This document shows, one piece after another, positions 14,281-28,064 of a stretch of DNA of 64,000 nucleotides. The DNA is taken from contig CM022679.1 of the NCBI GenBank assembly GCA_012295275.1, positions 29,140,001 to 29,204,000 on the forward strand. The letters are read 5' to 3'. Source of the stretch: Chrysomallon squamiferum (Eukaryota; Animalia; Mollusca). Made by a program: the position numbers and the translations under genes. Within the stretch, counting starts at the first letter, position 1, and each line of letters begins with the position of its first letter. The notes under the pieces are model-generated. The model ran no database searches. It was not told where the DNA came from and worked only from the letters and a program-made list of their open reading frames with translations.

Positions 14281-16067
14281 CAATTAGGTAAAGAATAAAT
14301 TCAAAATGTTTGTCTCTTAAGGTGAAGCGAAAACTTCCATTTAAGCGGTATGGTGAAAAGTTCTATGTTTCTTAACTGAAGTCAAGAAGAAACGAAAAAC
14401 TGTTTTTCAAATGAGGGAAAATGATAAATTTAAACCTTATTTGTTAATTTCAAGTACATATGTAGCTATATGTATTCTATAATTAAAACTGTATTATCTG
14501 TACTACCAAACTGTGCTAATAATAAAGTATGTAAAATAACGATCGCGAGGGCAGAGAAATACTGACATTTCCCCGTCTACTGTGACGTCATTTCGTACAC
14601 GAGGAAACATTAATTCGTCAGTGATTTACTGAACGCACGTTTCTTGCTGGCAGATGGCAGCGTCTCATAAAACGTGGGTTTAAGTTAGACTGATCTACGT
14701 CACACGGCAAGTTGTAGACTGGTTTTCATTTGCAAGCGTAGTGGGGGAAGTGGTAGTCATTACACAGTGCAGAATTAACGTGTCTTTCAGAGATAACCAC
14801 ACGTGTGTCAAAACAAAACAGTGAAAGTCTCGTGATGAATGACTACACTCGTTTTCTTCTTCTTTTCGTTTAATTTTAAAAATGTTGTCTTCCGTTTTTT
14901 TCTTTTTTCTTTCTCTCTTTCTTACTCTACTGCACATTTTCTTTCTTCTTTCTCTCTTTTTCTTCTTTATTTCGTTCTGTTGCCCATTCTTTATATATCT
15001 TTCTTTTTCATCTGTTTCTCTGCTTAATTCTATCTACGTGTGTGTATGTATTCATATATGAAAGTATGAAGGAAGGTAGGTATGTTTGTTTGCGTGCTTG
15101 TCTATGTAGATATATAGTGTGATGAGTGTATATGTATATATATTTGTCTGTGTGCGTGTGTTTGTGTGTGTGTATCTGTGTGTTGTGTGTATGTCTGTGT
15201 GTGTGTTTTTTGTGTCTCTGCCTGTGTGTGTATGTATGTGTATGTCTGTGTCTATGTGTGTATGTGTGTGTGTGTGTGAGTGTCAGTCTATTGTATTTAC
15301 TCACACTTATACACGTATGACATCTAACTATTCGCTGTAAAATTCTCACATTTTCATTAACCCCATACCACCACCACCACCACCACCACTACCAACACCA
15401 TCAGCACTACCAACAACACCACCAAAACCACCAACAACAACAACAACAAATAACTCACAACCCTTTTTCCAAACAAACCCTCGCCTGCCCACCAACCCAC
15501 GCACCCACGCACCCACGCACCCAACTCGTGCGAAACGCCCTTCCACAAAACGCAAAATCAATAAGAAAAAAAAAAAGAACCCACACTCGAAAAACCGAGC
15601 GCTGCTGCTAATAGCCAAATAGCTATGAAATTGGAGGAAAAACGGCGCACCGTTAACGCAATCGAATCTCGATATATATAAAACCCGTGGCGAATGCCAG
15701 CTGTCTTGCTTCCGTCGGTTGTTAGACGCGCGCTCGGCGATAGAACGCGAGAAAGTCGGACAGCAATTTCCGTACGTCGATAACGCGAGCGGAGATGGCC
15801 TCAGCGAAGCCGAGCAGTCGGCAGGAAGTAATTTCCTCCGCGGAACACGTGCGCACCAGACCGTTCTCGCCTGACAGCGGAACCGCGCGTCGAGTGACTG
15901 AAACGAACGAACGACTGAACGAACGAATTCGCGGGTGAATTCTGCGATGCTCTTATTACCGCGTCGCTTTTTTTCTTCCTTCGTTTTTCTTCTTCTTCTT
16001 CTTTCGTCCGTGATGTTATTTATTTATAATCACCATCCCCCGTCACCATCACAATCACCATGACAGT

Positions 16068-16109
16068 TATTATTATTATTGTTGTTGTTGTTGTTATTAT
16101 TATTATTAA

Positions 16110-16164
<55 letters not shown>

Positions 16165-17240
16165 ATTATTATTAATTTTATTATTATTATTATTATTATT
16201 ATCATCATCATCATCATTTTCACTATTAGTAGTAGTAGTAGGAGTAGTTGTACTATTATTAATTTTATTATTATTATTATTATTATTATTAATTTAATTA
16301 TTATTGTTGTTGTTGTTGTTGTTGTTGTTGCTATCATAGTATTGCTATAAATATCACTATTGTTCCTACAACTATTGTAAATTTAGCTACTACTACAGCA
16401 ACATCTGCTTCTACAACTACTTAAATAATGCTTCAGCCATAACATCATACCAAACATTATCCCTTCTAATAATAACTACAGCTTTAACAACAACTACTGC
16501 AGCTGCTGCTACTATTAATATTACTTATATTACAACAACAACCATTGCTATTAAGACTGTTATTACCACTACTACCTCTACTACTATTACTACTACTACT
16601 ACTACTATTATTTTACTATTACTACTACTACTATTATTATTTTACTACTACTACTACTATTACTACTACTACCAGTATTATTTTACTACTACTACTACTA
16701 CTACTACCAGTATTATTTTATTTTACTATTACTACTACTATTTATTATTTTACTACTATTACTACTACTACTATTAATTTACTATTACTACTACTACTAT
16801 TACTAGTACTATTTTACTACTACTACTACTATTTTTTTACAACTACTACTATTTTACTACTTATTACTACTACTACTACTATTTACTTCTGTTACTACTA
16901 CTACTACTATTACTACTACTACTGATACTTTTTACTTCTACTACTACTACTTACAACTACTACTACTACTACTACTATTTTACCACTACTACTACTAACT
17001 ATTTTACTACTACTACTGCTTGCTGTTTTACCTTTCTATTTTACTACTACTACTACTACTACTACTATTATTTTACTACTACTACTACTTACTACTATTT
17101 TACTACCATACTTCTATTGCAGTAACACCTCCGACTATTGCGATACTATTACAATAAAAACACAGCATCTACTACAGCTATTACACTGCTGTATTACAAC
17201 AACAACTGCTGCTACTACTACTACCACTACTACTGCTATT
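16068..17240. repeat. Compound trinucleotide low-complexity region (TTA/GTT/CTA)n
   Basis: Direct reading; it is the source of the poly-I/L/T/Y ORFs. Confidence 0.9.
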
Positions 17241-18129
17241 ACAACGGCTAAACAAAATTTCTAGTAATTCTTAAGTTTTTTTTATTTTTTTATTATTCTT
17301 AACACAGTTTTTAAACCTCGTTATTAGATGTAGTACGGTAAGTAACAAAAAAAAAAAAAAAAAAAAAAAAAAAGAAAAAAAAAGAAAAAAGAAAATTTAC
17401 CGAGCGCCGTATTGTGTTGCGCGCTATTATGCGGCGTATCTTTTGTGCGGGTTAGAGGTGCAGTTCGCGGACCGCCGAGATCCAGTTACGACCCCGGGTC
17501 AACAACGCGTTACTGACGTGGCTAACGAAACGGAGCCGTGAGCCGAGAGACACGGGAAAGAAATCAACATGATTGATTGGGTCGATGAAACGTCGACATC
17601 GCCTTAATGACCAGACCGTCGAGCGCGCGTATCAGTGACATTTCTCAACGACCGCGGCAGCCGCGTAACCAACGTCTTTTTTTTTTTTTTTTTTTAAAAA
17701 ATAATTATTATGTACCGAGTTTCTCTGTCAGAATTATCATGTGAGAAATAGCAGGCAGTAAGAAGAAGAAGAAAAAGAAGAAGAAGAAGAAGAACAACAA
17801 CAATAACAACAACATCAACAACAATAATAATAATAACAATCACAACAACAATTATAATAATCACAATAACAAAAACAACAACAACAATAATAATAACAAT
17901 AAAATCATCAACAATAATATTATAATAAAGAAAAGGAAAGAAAGAAACAGAAAGAAAGAAAGAAAGAAAGAAAAACAGAAAAATAAGAATTACATAGAGA
18001 CTTTTTCACACATACACAAATAAATAAATAAAATGTCTTTCTGTCTTTTCTCTTTCTGTTTTTTTTTTTTTTTTTTTTTTTTGCTTTCTTTTTTTTGAAA
18101 TAAATAGATGTTTTTGTGGCATCTCTTAA

Positions 18130-18191
<62 letters not shown>

Positions 18192-18781
18192 CTCCACGTA
18201 CACCCTCCACCCCCGCTTTTTTCTGGAAAAAAAAAAAAATTCGAATAATCGCGTCCGTTACATGAACCCGCACCTCGCCATTAATTTTAACTGCTTTTCT
18301 TCTTCAGGTCGACCAACGCAGATCTTCACGAGTTAGGCGTGGCCGGTGTAACTCTAGCAGTTAAACTCGTTCTGTAGATCAGTCTACACTCCGGTAATTG
18401 CCTGGGCGTTCACGTCTGTACCACGGATCACAAAACATTACTGGTGTGACGTCACAACGTTATCGGTTTCATTTCACGTCTTTTGTTGGAACCGAGGGGT
18501 AGGTGAGGGGGAACGGGTGGAGGTACTGAAGGGGGGGTATGGGTGGAGTAAGGGATTGAGGTAATGGACCCCAAAGACTGTCAAATATTGACGAATTGGC
18601 GGAACAGGTCGTTCAGTGCATAAACCTTTTTTCTTTATTTCTTTTTTTTTTTCTTTTTTCTTTTTTTTTTTTATTTCTTTCTTTTTTTAAATTTTTATTT
18701 CCAATTGTTCTACCTAATTTTATTTATTTTAATTCGATTTTATTTCCAAAGCATTTTCATTTCTATATTTATCAGTTTCTA

Positions 18782-18827
<46 letters not shown>

Positions 18828-19289
18828 GCTTATCTATCTGTCTATTTATCTATCTATCTATCTGTTTGTCTGTCTGTCTGTCTGTCTGACTGTCTGTCTA
18901 TCTAGCTCTGTGTCTGTGTGTGTGTCGGTCTCTCTCTCTCTCTATCCTATTATTTACACTCTGTCTTGTATATATGTATATGTGTATGAACTTACGTATG
19001 TATATGTAATGTATGTGTATATACACCGATATACATATATACAAGACAGAGTGTAAATAAAGAGATAGACAGAGAAAGAGACCGACACACACACAGACAA
19101 AGACATATATATGTGTGTGTTTCTGTATGTATGTACATATACATGTACGTTTGTATGTATGTGTATATATATTTTTTGTATGTATGTACGCACACACACA
19201 CGCACATATATATACATATACTTCACTTACACCCTCCACTCCTCGTTTTATATATATATATATATATATATAGTACATATCTATTTATT

Positions 19290-19339
<50 letters not shown>

Positions 19340-20385
19340 TGTAAAAGTGTGTCTGTTTCTCTCAGTATTTTCTTTTATATCTTTCTACATCTCTTCCTGA
19401 CTCACATCTCTACTCATCCGCGCGTTTCATTTATTTCAACCTCTATTTAATTCTCTGTCTCTTTCATCCATTCTTCTGCGTGGCTGTCTGTTCGTCTGTC
19501 TCGCAACTGTAGGTAACTGGGTTTTTCACAGCCTGTCTCAGCTGGGTCATTCTGTTTTCTTATCTCCTGGAAGTACAAAGAACCGCTCACTGTCTGGCTT
19601 CTTTCGCCTGTATTAGTTTAGCGACTACTGAAAGAAGAAACCCACAATGTCGGCGAGTAATGACGTCATAGGCTTTCTGCTATTGCTGGTCTAGTTTTTG
19701 CTTAAGTAGAATAACGTAAATAATAAAAACAAGGAAGCATTCTTTTGTTTTAGCTGCGTATTGATGTATTGTAATATTTTGTATTATGACATGTGGAAGA
19801 TTAATTTCCTGTGAGCCTTGATGCATAGACAAGCACAGACACAGAGAGATATATAAACATACACGCACGCATGCACGCACACATACATACACATATATAC
19901 ACACACACACTCACATCAATATATTCATTGACATAGATATTTACATACACAGAAACACACGCGCAGATATATATATATATACACATATATATATAAAACC
20001 TAAAACGTCCTCCAACAAGAACAGATCCCGGTTCCTCCAGCTCTTGAACAAATATCAGTGTGTGTATTAGAGGACGCGACGAAACCGCTGACGTGTACCG
20101 AGCCACGTCACCGACAGAAGAAGAAAACTTATCATTCATACTGCGGCGACGTTCAGACGCACAGACGTGATGGATGTTTATTCAGATCATCTTTCACTGA
20201 CCCGACAGCGCGCTTGTTAATGTGTGCGTGCCAAATGACGTCGAGTATACCAGCTCGCAGCTTGGACCAAACGAGGGAGGAGGCGTGCATCTCACTCATT
20301 TCCAAATGTGAAACAGTTTCGGGAGATTTGAGGGTACATGATGTGTATTTGTGTGCGTGTGCGTGTGTGTGCGTGTGTGCGTATG

Positions 20386-20420
<35 letters not shown>

Positions 20421-20430
20421 GTGCGGGTGG

Positions 20431-20505
<75 letters not shown>

Positions 20506-20894
20506 TATGTGGGTGTGTGAGCGTGCGTGCGTGCGTGGGAGTGTACCAAGTGTTTGGCGTGATGTAAGTGGTACATAGTATTTATCAGTTGTATCACATG
20601 AAACTGGTTTGAAACAAGCTTGAACCAGTTTTGAAACATTCGGCTAAGAAACAGGAAAGGCAAACATATCGGTTCAGAATATTTAATGTTAAAATATTTC
20701 TCTTACTTTCTCTCTCTTCTATTTTCCTTCTTTTTTTTTTTTTCGTTCTTATTAGCTCTGGATTTGTTTGTTTATGTATTTATCCAATTGGCAGTCTGTC
20801 TGTATCTACATCTGTCTGTTTATCAGTCTATTTGTCTAACAAATTCAGCAGAAAAGTTCCAAAGAGCGAAAAAAAAGTAATAACAAACAAATAA

Positions 20895-20965
<71 letters not shown>

Positions 20966-21302
20966 TATTATTAATAATAAAATGAATAAACAAATAGATA
21001 AAAAGTAAATAAATAAATAAAATAAATAATTATAAAGTACAAAAAAAAAGATAAAATAAAATAACATAAACAAACAAAAATATACATAAATAAGTAAGGG
21101 TATAAATAAATAAATAAATAAATACTATGAAATAAAACAACAACAAAAATAATAAAATAAAACAACAAGAAGAAAATAACTCAGTTAAGAAGATGAAATC
21201 ACTGAAGCGTATCGAACCCGCGTCGCTGTGAACCACACTTGACTGAACACTGACTATACAAAATTAACACAATAGACTAAATTCAACATTTTCGCTCTAA
21301 CT

Positions 21303-21375
21303 CGAGTTATGCCGAGTCATGCCGAGTTATTCCGGGGTATGCCGAACTATACCGAGTTATGCCGAGTTATGCCGG
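21303..21375. repeat. 10-bp tandem repeat, about 7 copies
   Basis: Unit gccgagttat with point variants. Confidence 0.9.
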
Positions 21376-21539
21376 ATTGCAGGATCAACGCCCCTCTCTC
21401 TGGCATATTTTCACTCTACCTTAAAGTTAGCATATCAAACAGTTTTAATTTTTTTTTCACTTTTATTTATTGCTTTAAAAATATTCTGTGGAAAATACAT
21501 TCTGCTAATATGCCCAGATGGTATTGATATTATTATTAC

Positions 21540-21584
<45 letters not shown>

Positions 21585-21622
21585 TCATTTAAAGAAGAAT
21601 CTAAAGAATATAAATATAAAGA

Positions 21623-21706
<84 letters not shown>

Positions 21707-22057
21707 TCAGTTAATAAGCCTCACATTTTAGGCGTGAAAAGTTACAAAACGAACAGTACCTCAGTCTTATGTGTACATTTCTACTAACATCTTCATTCAG
21801 CTAGAAACGACAATGATATGTGTTTATGAATGTTTATGTATGTGTGTAAGTTTGTGTATCTGTTTGGTCTGTATATTGTTTGTGATGTGTATGTAAGTGT
21901 GCGTAAGAGTTGTGCGTAAAATTACTGTCATAAATGTTAAGAATTGAAAACAAACATGAATGTGCGTGTTTGTAAGCGTGATTGGGGTGGTGTAAAATAT
22001 TGCGTATGGTGTATATCTGTATATTGAGTATTGTGTCTGAATGTCTGTATGTGTTTG

Positions 22058-22109
<52 letters not shown>

Positions 22110-22373
22110 TACTTTCATAAAATTTAAGGACTAAGAGAAAAAAGCATAGACAAATTTACTACACAGACTGAATCCATTAAATTTTTCTTTCTTGCCTGCT
22201 GACTCAGTCTGATAAAGACAATTCATACGTCAGCAGAAATACCTTATTTACTGAATTTTCGGAAATAAAAGTTATTTAAAATTTTATCACAAATATTTCC
22301 AAAATATTATTTTTATTGGAATAAAAATATTTTTACGTTTTGTTCCAAATTCTTAACGTTAATTTTAAACACT

Positions 22374-22834
22374 TACCCTAGCCCTAACTGTAACAGAATC
22401 ATGACCCTAGCCCTAGTCACTGTTACTGTGACGGAGACAGCCTGTCTCCTCTTTAATATCTTGTCTCGGTTCTAATTACTGGTCACATGCGATTGCGTTA
22501 GACGCCCAGTGACTGTTACATATAACAATGTTAAATTATCCTTTTACTGAAACAAAACGAATTTTAAACATATCCTAAGGTGCGCCTATCCCTTAACCTG
22601 ACTCTAATCCGAATGCTAACCCTTACCTTAATCCTTATAATAACACTATCACTAACACTAATCTTAATCCTAACCCTAACTCTGTCAACCTAGCCCTAAG
22701 CCTAATACCAGTCCTAATCCTAACCCTAGTTGTCACCCTAACACTAATCCTACAGCTCTCCCTAAACCTAACCTTAAAATACCCTAACCCTAAATCCTAA
22801 TCCTAACCCTAATCCTTAAAATATAACCTTAACC
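22374..22834. repeat. Degenerate (CCCTAA)n telomere-like tract
   Basis: Many ccctaa/cctaac/cctaat hexamers, densest at 22590-22834. Confidence 0.75.
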
Positions 22835-23293
22835 TATCATTTAGGCAATAGTTGATGACGTATTGAACACTATCATTGTCATTACTGTCTTCGAAATCTG
22901 CTTAAATGTACATAAATATCTTTGTGATCACCTAGTACAATAATTTACGTTATGAAGATGTGACGAATATTTTGTATTATGTTGAAATGATGATAAAACG
23001 GACAGTAATACTAATAATGATAATTATGATGATGATGGTGGATTTAAAAACGATGATGAAGCTGATGCTGCGGGTGAGGATGACAGTAACGAAAAAAAAA
23101 AAAAAAAAAATGATGACGAGAGTATGAAAAGGTTTCAGAAAAACTATATTGCCTTTTTTACAAACAGCAGTTCACTACGAAATCCCAGTTTAGTTATTTC
23201 CAGTTCAGTTTTGCTAACCCAGAATTTATTTTTAGCTTGAGGAAGTAGACGCGGGTGAATGATCGTTTCTCATCAATGCCTCTCCGTGTTGCA

Positions 23294-23343
23294 GGCGGAG
23301 TAATACATCAGCGGAGTAATACATCAGGCGGAGTAATACGTCA
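23294..23343. repeat. 16-17-bp tandem repeat, 3 copies
   Basis: Unit (g)gcggagtaatacatca. Confidence 0.9.
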
Positions 23344-23509
23344 AACTTTATCTTGTCAGTGCTTCAGTCCTATGTTCCAGGTTACCCCTCGTAATGATCT
23401 GCCTGTTTCTGTCTCTCGCTGTCGTGTTTTATTTTTCCTTCTCTCTCTCTACGTGTTTGTGTGTATGTGTGTGTGTCTGTGTGTATGTACGCTTTTATGT
23501 ATGTATGTG

Positions 23510-23540
<31 letters not shown>

Positions 23541-23624
23541 ATATATATATATGTATATTTATACACACACGTACACCACAAATCTCTTTCTTTTTCTCAA
23601 TCTCTCTCGTGTTTTTATTTGTCA

Positions 23625-23711
<87 letters not shown>

Positions 23712-24436
23712 TTATTTTTCAGTTGTTTTTTTTGGCTACGTCTGTCTCTTTTTTTCTCTGTTCATATCCCGTCTATTCTTTCGTCTCTATCTACCCGTAC
23801 ATGTGTTTGTATGTTTAAGTATTGTGTTTGTGTGGAAACATTTAATCGATTCCTTTTTACATTTTTTTTTTTTCTAAATTTTTTTGTTCTTTTTTCTTTT
23901 TTTCTGCATGTTTTTGTTTTTAAAACGATTTTAATACTAACAGTCATTTGAGCGTATGCACTCACTTTGAACTGCACAATTCAAAAGTAATGGATCCCAG
24001 AGAACTATACAAAAAAAAAAATATAAAAAACTTCATTTTCCTAAGAAGTATTTCAACAAGCATTTGAGACAGTCTTGTGTTTGTTTATCCCGACATTTCT
24101 ATCTTAACCATAAACAAACAGTCCACAAGGGAGCTGCTGTGTCCGCCATTATCGTCTGCACCGATCTGAAGATATTGCCTATCAATAAATTGAGATATGC
24201 CGTCAGGAAAATAGTTTAGCTCTGACGTCACCGAAAAGTGTGCGTGCGATGGCGTCTGCAGTGCGCCCTCTACCGCAGACAAAGCGAGTTTGATAGTATT
24301 GATACGCAAGTTTTTATTAATGGCTGCCTCTGTTGTCACCGGCCACACACGTCTGAGAAAACTTGAACACGATCACGTGCCTATTAACATGTTTTATTTA
24401 CGTAATGAAAAGCGATTATAGATATTTACTAATAAT

Positions 24437-24475
<39 letters not shown>

Positions 24476-24894
24476 TGTATTTATTTGACATAATCAGTTA
24501 TATATATATATATGTGATGTCAAATAAATAAATAAATAAATACATAAATTTAAAATTTTATATGCGTATGTTTCAGTGTATAAACTATATGTACAGATGT
24601 ATTTGTATGAAGTTGTTTGTTTTATTTTATTTATAATTTTATTTATTTCATATATATTTATTATTATTATTATTATTATTATTTATTTATTTATTATGGG
24701 GGCCTGCTGTTGTGCGTGTGTGTGTATGTGTGTGTGTCTGTGCGTGTGTGTGCGTGTGTGTGTGTGTATATATATATATACATAAAGATATATGGTATCT
24801 ATGTATGTGTCCATTTTTCAGTTTGTATGTATGTATGTTTCTGTGTGTGTATACATACCTACATACATACATACACACACAACATACACACACA

Positions 24895-24938
<44 letters not shown>

Positions 24939-26059
24939 ATATTATAGTAACATATAAAAAGCAGTAGTCATTTGTATAATGTATAACTGTATTTAAATCC
25001 AGTCTTTGTAAATGTCGTGGACATTGAGAGGCTGTTACACTCTTTAGCCACAGTTTAGTACACATCAGACTGTACAAAGCAGTCGCGCTATATGTGTGTG
25101 TTTCTGTGTGTATTTGTTCTAGGTATGCGCACGTATATTTGTGTGAAAAACAATATGAAAAGAAAACAAAACCAGAAGAGATGATAATACTTTAACAAAA
25201 AAAAAAAATAATAATAATAATAAATAAAAATCAGGCTGTACACATTGTAAAATATATTAACATACACTACAATATATTAACACATGCACTAGAATATACG
25301 TACAGTATAATAATAAAATAAAAATAAAATAAAAAATACACGACAGGGCTAAGGAAACATATAGATTGTTGTTATTCTTATACATTGCAGTTTATCGCCA
25401 GGATTCACAGTTAGGCGATTTATCTCAATGTATTAGGCGATTCATCGATCGATGTGTAAGTTATCGTCACACGATCTTTTTCCACAGGGATGAAGTTAAT
25501 CGATTCATCGCCAAGCAGCCTAAAATAGGCTGACGCAATCACAAGTGTTCGTTCCGTCGTCCTTTGGCCGATATTTGTCCAATTCTTACAACAGTTTAGC
25601 GATTTATCGCTACAAAAAACAACAGCTAGGCTAGTTTTCTTCATATAGCTACTGTCAGACGATATATCGCGATACAGCGATAGTTCGATACATCGTCATA
25701 CGTCTTCAGCTAGATGATACATCCGAAGCTGCAGTTTTTTTTGTTTTGTTTTTTTGTGTCAGTTATGCATCTACGTTGTTGCTATACGAGTACAAAACGG
25801 TGACATATCGTTGTATTCTATCTACTGTAGATAATTATATGGATCAGCGCATGCTTTACATATTCATTAAAAATAATGATTATAGTAAAAAAATAGAGAG
25901 TATCGTGTGTTTGCACTCTGTCTCAGATTACTGCAAGTCGTAAAACATGAACTAGGATTTCACTGGCCTTGACATGTTTACAGTTAAATAGTTTTGTTTG
26001 TGTTTGGAGTTATGTACAGGTAAATACAGTCAGTATATTTCCACTTTGTCTATTCCGAC

Positions 26060-26133
<74 letters not shown>

Positions 26134-27233
26134 TACACAGTATGTACATATAAAAAAGAATTATAATAAATAAATAAATGATCAGTCAATAATTTTGTTT
26201 AAAATCAAAATGGGTCCTTAGTTAACACTTTAGTATTCATAACCCCGATACCCCCTAAAAAACCCCACAACAACAACTACAAAATAAAATAAAATAAAAA
26301 CAAATATATAAAACAATAAAACAATAAATAAATAAATAAATAAATAATCGGTTCTCTTCGTTCATTTTCGGCTGTCGTTGTTCGTTAAATGACGTAATCA
26401 GTTTAGTAAAACCTCGGATGTTTTCGTTTACGAATATCTGCAGACGCACATTTTTATAATACCACCATGGAAACTTCAAGAACTATTTCAGGAACTATTT
26501 TCTATAAACTGCTGTTCTATTATGGCGCCGAATCTACCGTCACAGTCAGTCGCGCGTATGAATATCAAATATCTGAATAATGTTAGTAGTTCAGAGAAAC
26601 AAGGAATAAGTAAGTGAATTTTGATGTTGATCATTTTTGTTACAGGGATGCCCACAACAAGCGTGCTTAATTATGTTTGTTCCTTTATTAGTATTTCACA
26701 TCACCGTAGGAGTTTCCTTTAGAAAATAATATCCAGTGAAATGTTTTCTTTCGATGATATTTTTCTTTTATTCTTTTCTCATTGTTTTCTTCTTCTTCTT
26801 CTTCTTTCTTTCATTCTTTTCATATTGTTTATCCTGGAAATAAGTTCACCTTTTTTTTTTTTTTTCTTTTTTTTTTTTTGTTATTTTTCAACCGACTCTG
26901 CACTTTTTGTTTATTTGTTTCGTTTATGTTTTTTAGTTTTTGTTTTTTGTTTTTTTTTTGTAATCCATTAGATATTAATACCATTAACATAAGTATGTGA
27001 AAGAACTGACCAGGATTTTGTTTTTTCTTTCAAATTTCCACTTTTTGTTTTTGTTTTTGTTTTTTTAACTGCTCACTATTATTCGTAAATAAACGAAATC
27101 TCCGATCCGCTGACAATAATTTAACTATTTTTTTTCATCGTTTATCAAATTTTGTTCTCCTTCACACACACCAACCTGGGAATTTATTATTGCTCTATTT
27201 TCCCCCATCACTCACCCGCCCCCCAGAGTCACG

Positions 27234-28064
27234 CTAGCACGAGCAGAAGCAGTCGTCCGTGACGGGAAACGACGTCCTCACCCACTTGCACCGCTTCCTC
27301 ATCTTCTTCTTCGCGTTCTGCTTCCTCAGCCGACTCGCCCAGTCCTCCGTGTCGTTCGAGTCGTCGTCGACCTTGCGCACGCGGTAGTCGATGTAGCTCC
27401 GGTGTCCCCGCATCACCACGGGCCTGCCAGATCTGCCTCCGCCGTGGCTGTTGTGGCTGCTGCTGCTGCTGCTGCACTTCCACTGCAGAATCTTGAGTCG
27501 CTTCTCCTTGGCCGGCACGCAGTTCATCCCGGGGGGCCAGGAGCACGAGCTCTCGCTGAAGCAGTAGCCGACCTTGACCCAGCGCGGCCAGAAGTACGGC
27601 CCCACGTACGTCCAGCGGCGGTACACGGGACACGTGGCCCGCTCCAGCAGCCACAGCTCGAGCGCTTTGACGACGGTGTCGTTGACGAGGCCCGACGACT
27701 GCCCGGACAGCGCCTGAGACAGGTTCAGAGCATGCAGCTGCTTCTGCAGGACGGGGTTCATCGTTACGAGGACGACGTCTTCCAGCGAGCTGGGTCGCGT
27801 GATCGACATGTAGTCCGGGTCGAAGTGACTCTTCATCCTGCGCATCAGCTTCTCCGGCTTGAGGTGCTTCTTGCGCGGAACGTCTTTCAGGATGAGTCGC
27901 TCCAGGGGGTCCCCGAGGAACAGGCCCGGCTGCTGCAGGCGGATGTGGTCCGTCCTCGGGTCGCGCGCGCGTCTGTAAGACGGCAGGCTGCACGAGATGT
28001 TCGTGACCAGGTGGAAAGCGAAACAGAAAGGAACAAGCGCCTGGTACGAGTCGTTCAGCTTCAT
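27234..28064 (-). CDS. Noggin-like secreted cystine-knot protein (276 aa, single coding exon)
   Basis: GC-rich ORF with a hydrophobic N-terminus, P.KKHL...L.....HFDP.YMS and LELWL...ATCPV...W...G.YFWPRWVK.G.C....SCS.PPGM.C.P......ILQW.C...C.W....FPV..DC.CSC. All nine noggin cysteines are present. A 61-aa insert lies between Cys5 and Cys6 (27291-27473), the hallmark of noggin-like genes. Confidence 0.95.
   Translation of the reverse strand: MKLNDSYQALVPFCFAFHLVTNISCSLPSYRRARDPRTDHIRLQQPGLFLGDPLERLILKDVPRKKHLKPEKLMRRMKSHFDPDYMSITRPSSLEDVVLVTMNPVLQKQLHALNLSQALSGQSSGLVNDTVVKALELWLLERATCPVYRRWTYVGPYFWPRWVKVGYCFSESSCSWPPGMNCVPAKEKRLKILQWKCSSSSSSHNSHGGGRSGRPVVMRGHRSYIDYRVRKVDDDSNDTEDWASRLRKQNAKKKMRKRCKWVRTSFPVTDDCFCSC

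Noticed and set aside
18343-18394. Imperfect hairpin (ccggtgtaactctagcag ... ctgtagatcagtctacactccgg) as a possible pre-miRNA
   Set aside because: Many asymmetric bulges and no match to the conserved bilaterian miRNAs I could recall. No known miRNA was recognised anywhere in the window.
20058-20504. 148-aa ORF
   Set aside because: No recognisable protein, and it ends in a (TG)n tract.
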